This document shows, piece by piece, positions 14,098-26,991 of a DNA stretch of 64,000 bases. The stretch's first letter is position 1. Each line of letters opens with the position of its first letter. The notes under the pieces are model-generated. The model was not told the DNA's origin. It ran no database searches and worked only from the letters and a program-made list of their open reading frames with translations. Made by a program: the position numbers and the translations under genes. The DNA comes from Octopus sinensis (lineage: Eukaryota), in contig NC_042997.1 of assembly GCF_006345805.1 (NCBI RefSeq), forward strand, positions 63,178,001 to 63,242,000, given 5' to 3'.

Positions 14098-15015
14098 TGT
14101 ATATGGGTTGATGTACGGCAGATAGGTACAAATGTTACATTTAAGGCTGAAACTCAATACCAAACAAGTTAGATAAAAGTTTATTACAAGAATGATTGTG
14201 ATTTCAGGTTCCGAATCTTTTGAGGCATATTGCAATAGTAAAGAGAATACTGGGTTTCTAAGTAATCATACATTATAAATACTGAGTTGATTTAACTAAA
14301 TGGCATGCATTTAGTAAGTGAATGTCCATGGGATTTCAAATGCTCTATAAAAGCAAGACGAATTCATTGTTCATAAAGCGAGTTTCCATTGAAATCTTGG
14401 GCTATGATTCGTGAATGAGAATTAATGGTTACTTTTTTACACATTTTTTATTTTTGACTTTAGCCCTGTTTTATTGTCTTCCTGCGCTTATATAGACGTT
14501 TGTATGAACCTTCTTTGTGAGCATGTGTGTGCGTGCGAGCATGTATGCGAGTATGTATATATCTTTTGGTGAATGTCTGGGTGAGCATGTGTATGTTTCA
14601 AGTGAGGGTAGATGAGATATATATATGGGCGCATGTACGTGGGTGTGCGGACGTGCATAAGTATGTATGGACATGCGCGCTTACGCGATTACTATGCAAT
14701 TTTTACTCCCTTACCTTCATCCCTTCCCTTACTCAACGGTCATTTATATAGACACATTTGTCTTAATAACGGTCAATCACACAGTAATTTCCCCTTTGTT
14801 TAACTGTCATTTTCATAGCATACTTTTCGATGAGATACCGGCGTGGGTTTCCATCCCGACGTCCGCAAATCAGAGTTTATATCATAGCTACCGAAAAATT
14901 GTTACATAATATATTTACAGATAAGTTCTTCGATTTACATAATATCAAGGTCTCTTTCATTCTTTTGCTGTCTTGACATTTCTATCAATGTGTACAATAT
15001 GTGTACAACATGTGT

Positions 15016-15258
<243 letters not shown>

Positions 15259-15260
15259 TA

Positions 15261-16961
15261 AACCTAGATAAACTTAGATATGTTTCGACCAAAGATTGGT
15301 CCAGGCCATGTCTAACTTAATAGCACCACCTGATAGGATTATTCGAATCCTGTTTAAGTCAAGTTTTGTTTATGGTCCATTCAAGTAGTGAGTTCTTGTT
15401 GGGTGAGTTGTATCCAATTATGGGTGGCTTATCTGGTATTCTTTGAAGGAATCTATCCAGACTCCGTTTAAAGTTGATGGGATCCTTTTCCTCTTTGATC
15501 TCTTTCGGGACAATGTTAAATAGGGCAGGGCCTGTTGAGGAAAAGAAATTATGTTGCAGTGTACATGTATGCTGTGATCTTGAATTCGGCAGGGGACGTA
15601 TCACCCGTGGTCCCAGTCTTGGATGAACCTTAAAGCTAATGTTCAGGTCGTTTGGGCAAAGTTGGCGGTATATTCTCCACATCGTACAAATGATGTACCG
15701 CTCACGGCGACGCTGGAGAGAGTAAAGTTCCAAGGCTTTAAGGCGATCCCAATAATCGAGAGCAGCCATGCCTTCAATTCGTTTAGTGAGTGCCCTCTGG
15801 GGTGACTCAATCCTCGAGACGTTTTGTATTGTATGGGGAGACCACAGTGGGCAGCAGTATTCCAGGTGTGGCCGTACAAAGGATGAAAAAAGTGGTATGA
15901 TGACACATTGTTCTCTGGACCGGAAAGTTCTTAAGATCCAGGATCTCATCCTATGAGCTATATCAACCTTCTTGTTGATGTGTGCACTCCAACTGAGATC
16001 GTCATCAACAATTACACCCAGGTCTCTGATATTGTTAGAGGCTGTGGGCGGTTCCCCTGAAGGAAGAGAGTATGGCTGTGTTAGTGAGGAATTTCTTCCA
16101 AAATGCATCAGCTCAAATTTTTCCTCGTTCAGTTGCATTTTGTTTCTGTCTGCCCATTGACGCACAGCATATAGATCAGACTGGAGTTGAGTTCGGCCTG
16201 CTTCTTCATTGACGATTTGCTGGAGCTTAGTGTCATCAGCAAATATTTTCACTTTGCAGTAATGTACGACACTGGAAAGGTCGTTTATGTAAATTATGAA
16301 GAGTAGCGGACCCAAGACAGTCCCCAGGGGGACACCGCTGGTGACTTTTGCTGGGCTTGAGTGGACTCCATCAACTACAACATGTTGTGTTCTATTCGCC
16401 AGGAAATAATTAATCCAGTGTAGAACTTTTCCACGGATTCCGACATTTGCCAATTTTGAGAGTAGGATATTATGGTCTACCCTGTCGAACGCTTTACTGA
16501 AGTCAAGATATATGACGTCAGAGTTCGAACCTGACCCAAGGCTTTGAGTACATCTTCAATGTGGTGTAAGAGCTGTGTTAGACAGTCCCTGCCACAGCGA
16601 AAGCCATGCTGATTTGCATTTAGGAGTTTGTGGGTCTTCAGGAAGTCAGCTATCCTTGATCTTAACACTCTTTCAAACACTTTAATGATGTGGGAGGTGA
16701 GTGAGATTGAGCGATAGTTGACTGCGAGAGATCTGTTTCCCTGTTTGAAAACCGAGATGACTGACTGGGATAGAAACTGTTTCGGTATATAACCTGCGTC
16801 TAACGAATTTCTCCAGAGGTTGGTCAGAGGGATGCAAGTTGGTGTCTACATTCCTTCAGGAGACTAGCGGGGAATCTATTAGGGCCTACAGCAGAGTAGT
16901 ATTTGACCTCATTTACTGCTGCTACGATGTCAGTGGCAGTGAAGGTTATGTCTGAGATTTT
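15261..16961 (-). mobile_element. 5'-truncated CR1/L2-group LINE (RT domain, C-terminus, 3' UTR)
   Basis: ORF 15359-16453 has SGVPLGTVLGPLLFIIYINDL, KIFADDTKL, RDLGVIVDDDL, RPHLEYCCPLWSP and LYSLQRRRER. Frameshifted upstream parts NQHGFRCGRDCLTQLL and GPNRFPASLLKEC. Flanked by (TA)-rich tracts. Confidence 0.93.
15359..16453 (-). CDS. LINE reverse transcriptase C-terminal part (364-aa open stretch of a truncated, frameshifted element)
   Basis: RT motifs as above (FADD catalytic motif). Not a full ORF2. Confidence 0.85.
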   Translation of the reverse strand: MANVGIRGKVLHWINYFLANRTQHVVVDGVHSSPAKVTSGVPLGTVLGPLLFIIYINDLSSVVHYCKVKIFADDTKLQQIVNEEAGRTQLQSDLYAVRQWADRNKMQLNEEKFELMHFGRNSSLTQPYSLPSGEPPTASNNIRDLGVIVDDDLSWSAHINKKVDIAHRMRSWILRTFRSREQCVIIPLFSSFVRPHLEYCCPLWSPHTIQNVSRIESPQRALTKRIEGMAALDYWDRLKALELYSLQRRRERYIICTMWRIYRQLCPNDLNISFKVHPRLGPRVIRPLPNSRSQHTCTLQHNFFSSTGPALFNIVPKEIKEEKDPINFKRSLDRFLQRIPDKPPIIGYNSPNKNSLLEWTINKT

Positions 16962-17135
16962 ATGTATATATATATATATATGTGTGTGTAAATATATATG
17001 CATATATATAAATATATGTATATATATATATATGTGTGTGTATGTATGTATATATATATATATATACATGTGTATAAATATGTGTTTATATATATATATG
17101 TGTGTACATATATATATATGTACATATAAATATAT

Positions 17136-17490
17136 GTACATTCAAATATTTACATTATTTACATTATTCACAATTGACGGACATTTCTCCTGATCTTTCG
17201 TTGGGTTTTTTTAGATCTACACAGGAAAAAGAACCAAGATGAGGACAAATGTCCGTTAATTGTTAAAATTGTAAATAATATGCATAATTCTTCATCTCTT
17301 AAATATAGAAGTGTATTTTCTAATCGGTACGGAGTCAACATTAGAATTCAATAGAGCCATACAGAAACTCCATAAAAATCCAAGCTCATCTTTCAAACCA
17401 TATAACCGTGATGAGGACAAATATCCGTCAATTGTAAATAAGGTAAATAATGTACATAATTTCTCATCTCTTAAATATAGAACTGTAATA
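17136..17490. repeat. Three copies of one short interspersed 3'-end motif (one inverted, two tandem)
   Basis: Core gaggacaaat(a/g)tccgtcaattgtaaata at ~17239 and ~17412 (+) and inverted at ~17136-17195. Also seen at ~256-300. Confidence 0.7.
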
Positions 17491-17947
17491 TCAATATATG
17501 TACATATAAATGTGTAAATACAAATGTGTACATATATATGTGTGTATATTTGTATATGTGTACATTTATATATGTGCACACACACATGTATATATATTTG
17601 TACATATATATGTATACATATATATGTGTACATATGTGTGCATATATGTGTATATAGATATGTATATCTATGTGTATATATATGTATGTATATATATGTG
17701 TATATACATATGCATATATATCTATATATATATATATGTATATATGCATGTATATATATATGTATATGAATATATGAATATATATGTACATATATATGTA
17801 TATATATATGTATATATACACGTGTATATGTGTATATATATATATGTATACATATATACGTATACATGTCTATATATATATATACATACATACATACACA
17901 CGCACACACAAACACACACACACATACACACACACACACACACACAC

Positions 17948-17990
<43 letters not shown>
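17488..17990. repeat. Complex (TA/TG/CA) microsatellite
   Basis: Direct reading. Source of the YI/CV ORFs. Confidence 0.95.
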
Positions 17991-17991
<1 letters not shown>

Positions 17992-18014
17992 GGTATAGAC
18001 ATAGTTATATGTAG

Positions 18015-19080
18015 CTGGGAGCAGTAGTCCAGTTGGTTGAGTACGAATGTCCCTCAGAAGACCATTATAGTTTCCTTCTCATGCTCCATCCAGCTAATCG
18101 ACTGCAGTTTTTCGCCCACCTGGTGACGTACACTTGGATAGAGGTATCAACACTCCTGTCGATACCATGGTCGCTCACTGATTTACATTTTAGGATTGTA
18201 ATCCCACGCGGACTAATGTACCTTGTAAGTTTCATATTCACGTGTGGACACTGGTGGCGTAGGGCTTGAATTTTTTCAGCATTAAACTGTAGATTATCCT
18301 CAGCCCATCTGTAAACTGAATCCAACTCCTGTTGCAGATATGTAACATCGCTGGGGTTCTGTATTTTCTGCGAGACTTTCGTATATTCTTCCTGGCTAGC
18401 AAGAGTGTTACCACGAAAAGCAGTGGTCCCAGGACATTGCGCCGTGGAATACTGCTCACTATTTGTGTTTTCATTTAGATGACACCATTGGCCACCGTTG
18501 CCTGACTTCTACCTCTCAGAAAGTCATGTAACCACTATCTAAGATTTCCTACTATTCCGAGATCACGCAGTCTGTTGCATATCATGATCCACTTTATCAA
18601 ACATTTTTGCAAATTTAGGTACACTATGTCCACATTTGAGTTATTGAGTAACTGCCTCAACACCCAGTAATAGTGTTGTAAAAGCTGCGTCAGACAGCTC
18701 CTACATGGTCGAAAGTCATGCTGGGTATTACTCAGCAATTAATTTTCTTCAAGGAATGCGATTAGTTTCCCTTTGACTATCCTTTCCGTGACTTTGCTGA
18801 TGTGTGAAATCAGAGATAGGCCTATAGGTTTTGGCATCTGCTCTGCTTCCCCTTTTATGGATTGAGCGTATTTTCCCTCCTTCAACTTGCTTGTTACCCT
18901 GCCATTTGCAACAAAGCTCTGGAAGAGAATCTGTACAAGTTTTGCCAGGGCATCCTTACTCGATTAGAGAAGGATTGCTGGGAAACCATCAGGACCTGCA
19001 GTTGGGTTTGCGTCCACCTCATCTATGACTAGTAGTATATCTTCCTCACTAATGTCTTATGTATTCCATCATAACTACTT
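18015..19080 (-). mobile_element. Decayed CR1/L2-group LINE fragment, a second subfamily
   Basis: Pieces NTQHDFRPCRSCLTQLLQHY..SNVDIVYL, VLGPLLFVV and YRWAEDNLQFNAEK in different frames. Confidence 0.8.
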
Positions 19081-19199
19081 CGCTGGTTATAGGTGAGGCG
19101 GCAGAGGAATCCACTGGTTCGTTCACTTGTCTGTTTTCTAAAAAGCAGAGGTGTTGTCCATAAATGCTTATCAATATAGGATTTCATTATAGGGACAAC

Positions 19200-19406
19200 A
19201 CTCCTGTGAAGCGATCGTAAGATGCTCTAAATTCAAGACTTTGCCTTTGCTTTTCTCTTGGATAACACTGGTGGCATAGAGAGGGGTGGCCGGTATGCAT
19301 GGGCGACTGCTGGTCTTCCATAAACAACCTTGCTCGGACTTGTGCCTGGGAGTGTAACTTTCTAAGTGCAATCCCATGGTCAGTCATGACCAAAGGGGGT
19401 CTCAGC

Positions 19407-19407
<1 letters not shown>
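19200..19407 (+). mobile_element. SINE tail, S2-related family
   Basis: Shares gcatgggcgactgctggtcttcca..ggacttgtgcct..gcaatcccatggtca..tgacc.aagggg with 39740-39856. Confidence 0.65.
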
Positions 19408-19489
<82 letters not shown>

Positions 19490-19915
19490 ATATATATATA
19501 TATATATATAATATAATATATATATTTTTAATATGTATAATATATACAATAATATATATATATATATGTATAATATATTTATATATATATATATGTAAAA
19601 ATATGATATATACATATATATATATATGTATTATATATATAATATATTTATATAATATATATATATAATATACACTATATATATTTATAATATATATAAT
19701 ATATAATACGTATAATATATATATATATATATATAATATATATATAATATATATGTATGTATATTATAGATATGTTTAATATACATATATGTGTATAATA
19801 TATATATTTTTAATATGTATAATATATACATTATAATATATATATATATATATGTATAATATATACAATAATATATATATATGTATAATATATTTAATAT
19901 ATAATATACGTAAGT
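19408..19915. repeat. Long degenerate (TA)n / ATAATATAT-type tract
   Basis: Direct reading. Confidence 0.95.
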
Positions 19916-20189
19916 ATGTCTGTGTGTACGTACATATCTGAGGCAGTAGTATTAATCATGTGAGTTATATTCTCAGTCAGTTTTTCCCAGTACACCGGTT
20001 GGTGTTGAAACGAACGAAATAATAGAATTAATCTTAATATTACAAATTCGAAACTTTAACCAACACACGTTCGTGTCAGTCCTGACTAGGAGCAACTCCT
20101 ATTTGGTTGGTAGAGCTCCAACCAGGATCCATCGGCCAAATTGGAAAGGCACAATGGAATATTTACCCTTTACTCCCCTTTATCATATA

Positions 20190-20660
20190 GACGCTGGCGT
20201 GTCTGTGTGGTAAGAAGCATTTTTCACATCTACATGATTTCGAGTTTAGTCCCACTGCGTGGTGCCTTGGCAAATATCTTCTCCTATAGCCTCGGGCCGA
20301 TCAGAACCTTGTGAATGGATTTGGTAGATGGAAACAGAAAGAAGTCCGTCGTATATTTATATTTATATATATAGAAAGAATGAGAGAGAGAGAGAGAGAG
20401 AGATAAATAGATAGATATATATCTACATATCTATGTGTGTGTCTTTGTGTTTATGTTTGCTCTCCCACTATCGCTTAACAACCGATGTTGTTTTATTTCC
20501 GTCCCCGTAACATAGCGGTTCGGCATAAGACACCGACAGAGTGAGTACTAGGCTTGCAATGAATAAGTCCTGGGGGTCACTTTCTTCGACTAAAACTCTT
20601 TAAGGCGGTGCTCCAGCATGGCCTGCGTCAAATGATTGAAACTAATAAGAATAAAAGAAT
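20190..20660 (+). mobile_element. SINE family S1, near full length
   Basis: Head gtgtggtaagaagc..agtcccactgcgtggtgccttggcaaat..ctatagcctcgggccga and tail aaggcggtgctccagcatggcc..caaatgattgaaac. Confidence 0.8.
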
Positions 20661-20720
20661 ATACATATATATATATATATATAACAAAGTGTAGTTGTAG
20701 GGTACCGCACGAGTGGAATT

Positions 20721-20794
20721 ATATACGAAAGAAGGTTTGAAAATGCAATTTTAAACATATTTAAAATTGCATTTTCAAACCTTCTTTCGTATAT
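20721..20794. repeat. Perfect inverted repeat, 35-bp arms, 4-nt loop
   Basis: atatacgaaagaaggtttgaaaatgcaattttaaa-CATA-tttaaaattgcattttcaaaccttctttcgtatat. Confidence 0.95.
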
Positions 20795-20802
20795 ACATGT
20801 AT

Positions 20803-20834
<32 letters not shown>

Positions 20835-21194
20835 CACACTCACATATGTAATCGTTATCTAATAATATTATTGACTTTTGTGTTTCTGTCAGCTAAAGCA
20901 TCATCAGGTTATATATATATATATATCTATATCAAACAACAAGGTTACTTGTCCTAAAAATATCTCTTCCATTACACTCAATCATTGCTCTGTTGATCTA
21001 GTTCTTATATTTACCAAACTTGTGAATATCTCACTCTCTACAGGAATATCCTATAATGTTTAGGATCATAATTCCTTATTACCAAGAAAGACAATACATC
21101 TCTACCAATAATCATCCTGTTGCACACACTTCCAATACCTAAAAGCTAATAAAAACCTACACTTAACAACTACATTCCCCCAAAATTAAATCTC

Positions 21195-22090
<896 letters not shown>

Positions 22091-23763
22091 CAAATATAAC
22101 GTAGAAGAAAATGAAAAAAATAGCAAAGAGAAAAAGGCTACCAACCTAGAAATAGACGATAAGTGATAGAATAATGGAAGAGGAACTGTTAGTAAAAGTT
22201 TAAAGTTTTATTGTTTTAATATTAAATAGTTTAACTTTCTTCCATTATGAATCAGTCGTCTATCAGTTAGTAAACGCTTCACTTATATAAACAACAAGCC
22301 ACTCTGTAAATTTATATTGCCCGTCAAAGTGTAAGTGACTTATAATTTGGTTATAAGTAAATTCTTTTCTGAAAAGCTTTGAAAATTTTCCGGATTAGTG
22401 CTTCTCATATTAATGTCATTATGCACGCTAGAAATTGTTTAATATTTTACAATAGAGAAATTGCAAAATGGAATTTATGGGAATAGAATTAATCCTTTCG
22501 CCATATTCCCAAGAAAGTATATAAATCTGGAGATTTAATTCCGGATTCTTTGAAAATATGACATGAACCTAATTGGTTGAAGTCCATATTTCCTAAGATT
22601 TAATGTTCCACTAGAATATATACTATTTATTGTGTGTCATACCATGAGGAGTGTAAGACATCAACACCTTAAAGAAAGCTCAAATCAAAGAAGGAACCAT
22701 TATTACTTCTTGAAAAGGTAATTAACAGTGACTAATGCAGTTCTAGATATACTTTGACTTACAAAAAATAAAAAGAAAGTAAGAAAAAGAAGATTGTTCA
22801 GGGACGAAATACCGTCGATCGTACGTATTGTCATTCAGATCAGAGTTGTTAAATAAAATTAACAACGACAGCCTACAGATGGTTTAGTGCTGCATCCTTG
22901 ATGTACGCTGAATAATTTTTAAACGTTAACATAATCACAGTAAATTTTTCTGCGCCAGAAACTGGTAAATTGGTAAGAGAAGAAATAATTGCATTTACTA
23001 AAAAATTTAATCAAAATGAAAACTGATTAAGATATTATATCCAGCTGTAAATGTACCTTACGAAGATTATACGTACATACCGACTTTTTCTAAAGTAATC
23101 AAAAGTAAACTTTATCAATGAAAACCAACCGAATCTTTGAATGTAATGTTTTTACGAAACATAATATATAAAATCAACGTAATAATTCGCTTAAGAATAA
23201 ATTCGAAGCTGTCATAGGCAGGCTAACTCTAAACGATTTCAATGTTTTTACTTATCTGGGGGAATACATAGAAACATCAAAATTGCTTAAAATTGTATAA
23301 ACAATATTTTCACCGATGCTAAAGTAAAATTACAACTTTCTGACGACAGGCTAAAGTTTAACTGGAAATTCAGACAATATTTTTTTATTCTGACCCTACA
23401 TAACTACTTGGGTCGATAATATAGTACCAAAAATTAACTACTTGGGCCGATAATATAGTACCAAAAAAGGATCACTCTTGCGACAGCATTTGGGAATTAA
23501 AATGTATCCATGCTGCTGTAGTCAAGGTGTTGTCACTATTAAAGTTCAAACTCTAAAAGCCACATGCATACATTTTTAACCAGGACTACTGGGTGCAGGA
23601 AGCCAACAGGGTATAAATAAACACCACATAGCAAGATATCTGTATCTATCAAAGACATATCTCGGAGAGAAGTTTTTAAAAGAGTATTACACACAGGCAA
23701 ACACACTGACACGCACTCTCACGCACGCACACACGCACATACACACACACACACACACACACG

Positions 23764-23799
<36 letters not shown>

Positions 23800-23811
23800 A
23801 CACACACACTC

Positions 23812-24010
23812 ATATATCTACCTTACGATGAGAATGTGTGTCTATCTGTCTGTCTGTGTGAATCCCTAAAACTCGAGAACTACACAACCGATTTCATTCA
23901 AATTTTCCACATGTCTTACTTAGGGTCCCTGTTCTGTGTATCAAAAGTGAAACAATAACATCTCTATTGTAATGTCTGATACTTTCACTTTAATAGTTTC
24001 ACTATTAATA
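23812..24010 (+). mobile_element. Possible non-autonomous Helitron/HINE-like 5' fragment
   Basis: atatctac..tgtctatctgtctgtctgtgtg..aaaactcgagaactac..accgatttcattcaaatttt resembles the layout of DINE/HINE-like repeats. Recognition by memory only. Confidence 0.4.
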
Positions 24011-24022
24011 CTGAAACTATTA

Positions 24023-24067
<45 letters not shown>

Positions 24068-24212
24068 GTATATATATATATAATATAAATATATATATAT
24101 ATATATATTGATGTATTTGTATATGTGCACATCTATATATACACATATACATGCATACATATATTTATACATATATATATGTACATACATATACATTCAT
24201 ATATGCACACAT

Positions 24213-24259
<47 letters not shown>

Positions 24260-24261
<2 letters not shown>

Positions 24262-24610
24262 GGTGCAGGTGTGGCTGTGTGGTAAGAAACTTGGTTCCAA
24301 AACACATGGTCCTGGGTTCAGTTCCACTTGGCAAATGTCTTCGGCTATAGCCTCAGACCAACCAAAGACTTGTGAGTGGATAGAAACTGAAAGATATCAA
24401 TCGTATATATATATGTTTATATATAAGTGTATGTGTGTGTTCTTGTCTCTGTTTCTCCCTCATCATTGCTTGACAACTGCCGTTGGTTTATTTACATCCC
24501 CATAACTTACTGGTTTGACAAAAAGAGACTGATAGAATAAGTAGCAAGCTTATCAAAATAAACAAAAAAGTACTGGGGTCGATTCATTCGACAAAAATCT
24601 TTCAAGGTAC
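24260..24610 (+). mobile_element. SINE family S1
   Basis: ggtgcaggtgtggctgtgtggtaagaaactt..ggttcagttccac..ctatagcctc and tail gatagaataagta..tactggggtcgatt. Confidence 0.8.
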
Positions 24611-24642
24611 TGAATTGTATCTATCAATCTATCTTTCTGTGG

Positions 24643-24696
<54 letters not shown>

Positions 24697-24747
24697 CACA
24701 CACATATATACATGTATGTATATGTGCATATCCATATTTATTATATA

Positions 24748-25490
24748 AAAGTCAAAGTATTTATGTATGTTCGTATGTTACTTATACATTCGAAAATTAC
24801 TGCACCAATCCTAACGAAATTTGGAACACAAAATCCAAGCCTAAGGAGAAGGGTAATCCTGTATGTTTCATACAGTTTCATGGACCAAAATTACTGAATA
24901 GGTCCTTATGATATTTGGGACCTTAAATTCAATGCTTAAGGCCGGGTATAATGCAGCTTGTTTGGTTTGAATTTGAGGTGGAAGACCCCCTCATGAAAAG
25001 TTATAAATTCTCCATGTTGATGAAATTTCAACCATAGGTAATTGACACACATCAAGAAGTATTCCCAAACTTTCCACTCTTCATGATGATTCTAAGAGCC
25101 CCTGATGATGGCCTTAACTCCCGAATTTTAGTCATTTTTTGATACAAAACTAGGTCAAATGTACTGAATGGATCTTTATGAAATTCGGAATTTATATTCT
25201 ATGCATAAGGACAGATGTAATGCAGTATATGTTTGAAAGTAAGGGGGTATAAATGATGCCATAACCCCATGCAAATTCATATATTCTTGTTGTTGATGAA
25301 ATTTTAACAGTAGATATTAGACACAAATGAAGTAATATTTTTTAAATTTCAACTTCTTAGAAGTTAGTTAGACCTCATTAAAAGGGGTTTAACACCCACA
25401 ATTTAGTCATTTTTCCTAAGTCAAGACAAATGCAATTGTACTCTTGGAAGCTGTTGGGTCACCCGAGCATAAAAGATGAAAGTTATTTGT
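24748..25490 (+). mobile_element. Unclassified non-autonomous repeat (HINE/MITE-like)
   Basis: tatgtatgttcg..aattactgcaccaatcctaacgaaatttgg start and internal recurring gatgaaattt..aac..taggt..ttgacac motifs. Confidence 0.35.
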
Positions 25491-25689
25491 AATTCAATGG
25501 TACAACAGTGTAAGATATTTGCTTTGAGATATACTTAGATTGTGATTTCTGCATTGTGGTACATAAATTGTCAAGTAAAGGAGAGGCATCTTTGCCTCCA
25601 CTGATTCAGTTGCAAAGTGTTGAGTAAAGTTATTTGGTAGCAGACCTCCTTTGAGTCTTTGTATCATCACTGAGTCAGAGATACCTGCA

Positions 25690-26375
25690 GCCTACGGTAC
25701 CATGTTATCCGTTATTTTCAGCAACCTAATACTTTCATGATTATTCTGGCCGTGCCACGGAGGCGAACATTTTGTTATAGTTCTACTGGACACTATTTTC
25801 CAATTGCCTTCATATTCCACTTGGTACCTTCTGATACTGTTTCCAAGGACCCATCAATACTTAGCACTATCTTCACCTTCTTCATTTCGTGCATAAGCGG
25901 GTGGTACTTATGTATTTTTTCGCCTTCTTTCATGACTATTCGTGGGTCAAATGGGCATGCAACACCAGCTATATAGCACGTGTGGTGTATCTTGCCGACC
26001 ACCACTAGGTCCAATCTGAGTATGCTCTAGCACTTGATCTGCTTGAATTGAGAAATCCCAGAGGATTTTGCTAGTCTCCGACTCCGCCACTCTCTACGAT
26101 TTGTGGTCATACCACATAGCCTTACCTCTCTGTAGCCCTCACTTTTTCTACAGCTTCCAGTATAGGATTTTTGCTACCTCATCATGTCGCCAGAACACGT
26201 AGTGGTTTTGTGAAAGTCTAGGGCATTCGTTTGTGATATAGGCAATGGTTTCATCCATCCTATTACAGATGTGGCACAACGGAGACACTTGCTCACTCCA
26301 AAAGCTTCACTCTCCAGTTCGTGGTCAAAGCTTGGTCTTGCGATATTAGTATAGTGCTCTCGTTCTCATAATAAT
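25690..26375 (-). mobile_element. 3' fragment of an R4/Dong-type LINE (CCHC knuckle and RLE endonuclease)
   Basis: DLVVVGKIHHTCYIAGVACPFDPRIVMKEGEKIHKY (PD-(D/E)xK-like), with upstream CHICNRMDETI and WRHDEVAKILYWK. Abuts a (TAA)n tract. Confidence 0.75.
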
Positions 26376-26401
26376 AATAATCATAATAATGATTATGACG
26401 A

Positions 26402-26436
<35 letters not shown>

Positions 26437-26457
26437 TACTACTACTACTACTACTAG

Positions 26458-26510
<53 letters not shown>

Positions 26511-26531
26511 ATAATAATAATAATAATGACG

Positions 26532-26592
<61 letters not shown>
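26376..26592. repeat. Compound (TAA)n/(TAC)n/(TAA)n microsatellite
   Basis: Direct reading. Confidence 0.95.
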
Positions 26593-26593
<1 letters not shown>

Positions 26594-26721
26594 CTATGCG
26601 CAACTCCATTGTCTCCCGAGACAGAAAGGATGCCAACCAACCAATAATAATAATAATAATAATAATAATTATCATTATTATTATTATTAGTATTAGTATT
26701 AGTATTTGTATTGTTAATCCT

Positions 26722-26932
26722 GAGAGCTAAAAGAATCGTTAATACGCCGGAACAAAGTTATTGGGGTCATTTTGTTCGCCCTTATGTTCTTAATTCAAAT
26801 TCCGTCGGGGTCGAAATTACCTTCCCTCCTTTCGGAGTCGATAATTTAAGTACCAGCTGTGCACTGGGGTCAATGTAATCGACTTACCTCACCCCCCAAA
26901 AAAATACAGGCCTTGTGCCTATAGTAGAAAGG

Positions 26933-26935
<3 letters not shown>
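26722..26935 (+). mobile_element. SINE family S3 with (TAA)n tail
   Basis: tcaaattccgtcggggtcga..cctttcggagtcgataatttaagtaccagctgtgcactggggtcaatgtaatcgactt..ccttgtgcctatagtagaaagg. Confidence 0.75.
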
Positions 26936-26965
<30 letters not shown>

Positions 26966-26991
26966 TAATAATAATAATAATAATAATAATA

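Noticed and set aside
15280-15320. Stem-loop followed by GAAAC at the LINE 3' end as an HHR
   Set aside because: No CUGANGA core. Better explained as a LINE 3' stem-loop.
23338-23385. CTGACGA-CAG..CTG-GAAA
   Set aside because: No stem III with an NUH site and no stem I
22400-23600. Possible ancient non-LTR ORF remnant with a 34-bp tandem duplication near 23400-23465
   Set aside because: No diagnostic motif recovered. The small duplication alone is unremarkable.
25100-25130. CTGATGA as a hammerhead core
   Set aside because: No GAAA, stem III or stem I partner in register
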